Shown here in pieces: positions 31,543 through 32,000 of a stretch of DNA of 32,000 nt; within the stretch, counting starts at the first letter, position 1; each line of letters opens with the position of its first letter. The notes beneath the pieces were generated by a model. That model was not told where the DNA came from and ran no database searches. It saw only the letters and a program-made list of their open reading frames with translations. The position numbers and the translations under genes are program-made. Source of the DNA: Pseudomonas aeruginosa (GTDB lineage Bacteria; Pseudomonadota; Gammaproteobacteria; Pseudomonadales; Pseudomonadaceae); contig NZ_LN831024.1 in assembly GCF_001457615.1 (NCBI RefSeq), positions 1,710,001 to 1,742,000 on the forward strand, written 5' to 3'.

Positions 31543-31572
31543 TTGACCGTTTCCACGGCATTCCTCTATTCA
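31543..31572 (+). promoter_or_regulatory. candidate sigma70 promoter for the FimV-like gene (TTGACC-N18-TATTCA)
   Basis: Hexamers read by eye, about 140 nt upstream of the ATG at 31709. Confidence 0.3.
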
Positions 31573-31708
31573 GTGATGGCAAAAAGCCATGTCTTGCGCC
31601 ATGTGGTGCGTTCAGCCCTGTACGGGGCGAAATTCGGGCTAACGTGAAATAGATGTAGCAGTCGACCGCTGGCCGGCTGTGTGCTCGAAGTGCGGAGAAA
31701 AGAACGGA

Positions 31709-32000
31709 ATGCCCGGTAAAGCCTTGCGTGTCATGTTGTGTGCCTGGTCGTGCCTGTTGGCCGGGCAGGCGAGCGCCCTGGGAGTGGGAGACATCACCCT
31801 GCATTCGGCGCTCAACCAGCCGCTGGATGCGGATATCGAACTGCTCGACGTCGGCGATCTCGGCGCGGACGAGATCGAGGTCCGCCTGGCGGGCGCCGAC
31901 GTCTTCGCCGCGGCCGGGGTGGAACGCTTGCAGTTCCTCAACGAGCTGCGTTTCAGTCCGGTGCTCCAGGGGCGCGGTGGCAATCGCATCCATGTGTCCT
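31709..32000 (+). CDS. FimV-like protein, 3'-partial (N-terminal 97 aa only); absent from the ORF track because it has no stop in the window
   Basis: My own translation gives MPGKALRVMLCAWSCLLAGQASALGVGDITLHSALNQPLDADIELLDVGDLGADEIEVRLAGADVFAAAGVERLQFLNELRFSPVLQGRGGNRIHVS. It has a signal peptide plus the FimV N-terminal signature (LG.G.I...S.LNQPL.A.IEL). Confidence 0.75.
   Translation, partial: MPGKALRVMLCAWSCLLAGQASALGVGDITLHSALNQPLDADIELLDVGDLGADEIEVRLAGADVFAAAGVERLQFLNELRFSPVLQGRGGNRIHVS

Overview
High-GC Pseudomonas aeruginosa chromosomal DNA. From about 5.3 kb to the end, gene content and order match, from memory, the PAO1 PA3366-to-PA3340 segment. It reads amiE-amiB-amiC-amiR-amiS, lecB, an HlyD-type/FUSC-like membrane pair, an EamA transporter, dsdA, a glutamine-synthetase-like gene (pauA5), and an MFS transporter. 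It continues with a DUF2064-like gene, flgZ-flgN-flgM-flgA, cheV-cheR1, hsbA-hsbR-hptB, recQ, hsbD, a DUF2804-like gene, a MarR regulator and the start of a FimV-like gene. The FimV-like gene is absent from the ORF track because it runs off the window. All of these genes look intact, and several ORF-track starts are too long and are corrected below.

The first 5.3 kb is an accessory patch and holds the interesting material:
- The 3' end of a large Rhs/YD-repeat gene switches to AT-richer sequence about 100 nt before the DPLGL motif. It ends in a 134-aa Cys-framed GSHH-N nuclease-like toxin domain, followed 8 nt later by a small AT-rich putative immunity gene.
- A tRNA-Arg(CCU) has a normal cloverleaf, but its 5' acceptor strand does not pair.
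- A roughly 2 kb integrase-less islet lies directly 3' of the tRNA and ends in a 15/17 direct repeat of the tRNA 3' end. It carries a GC-rich Cys-rich ORF remnant, a 184-bp MITE-like element with about 34-bp terminal inverted repeats, and a low-GC 12-TM-class Wzy-like oligosaccharide repeat-unit polymerase.

Regulatory sites visible by eye:
- the amiE sigma70 promoter and the AmiR-controlled leader terminator
- a near-consensus sigma28 promoter for flgM
- a near-consensus sigma54 promoter for flgA embedded in an 11-bp palindrome
- overlapping palindromic operators upstream of the MarR gene

No CRISPR array, rRNA, integrase or transposase gene was seen. All family assignments come from reading the translations and from memory; no database search was run.
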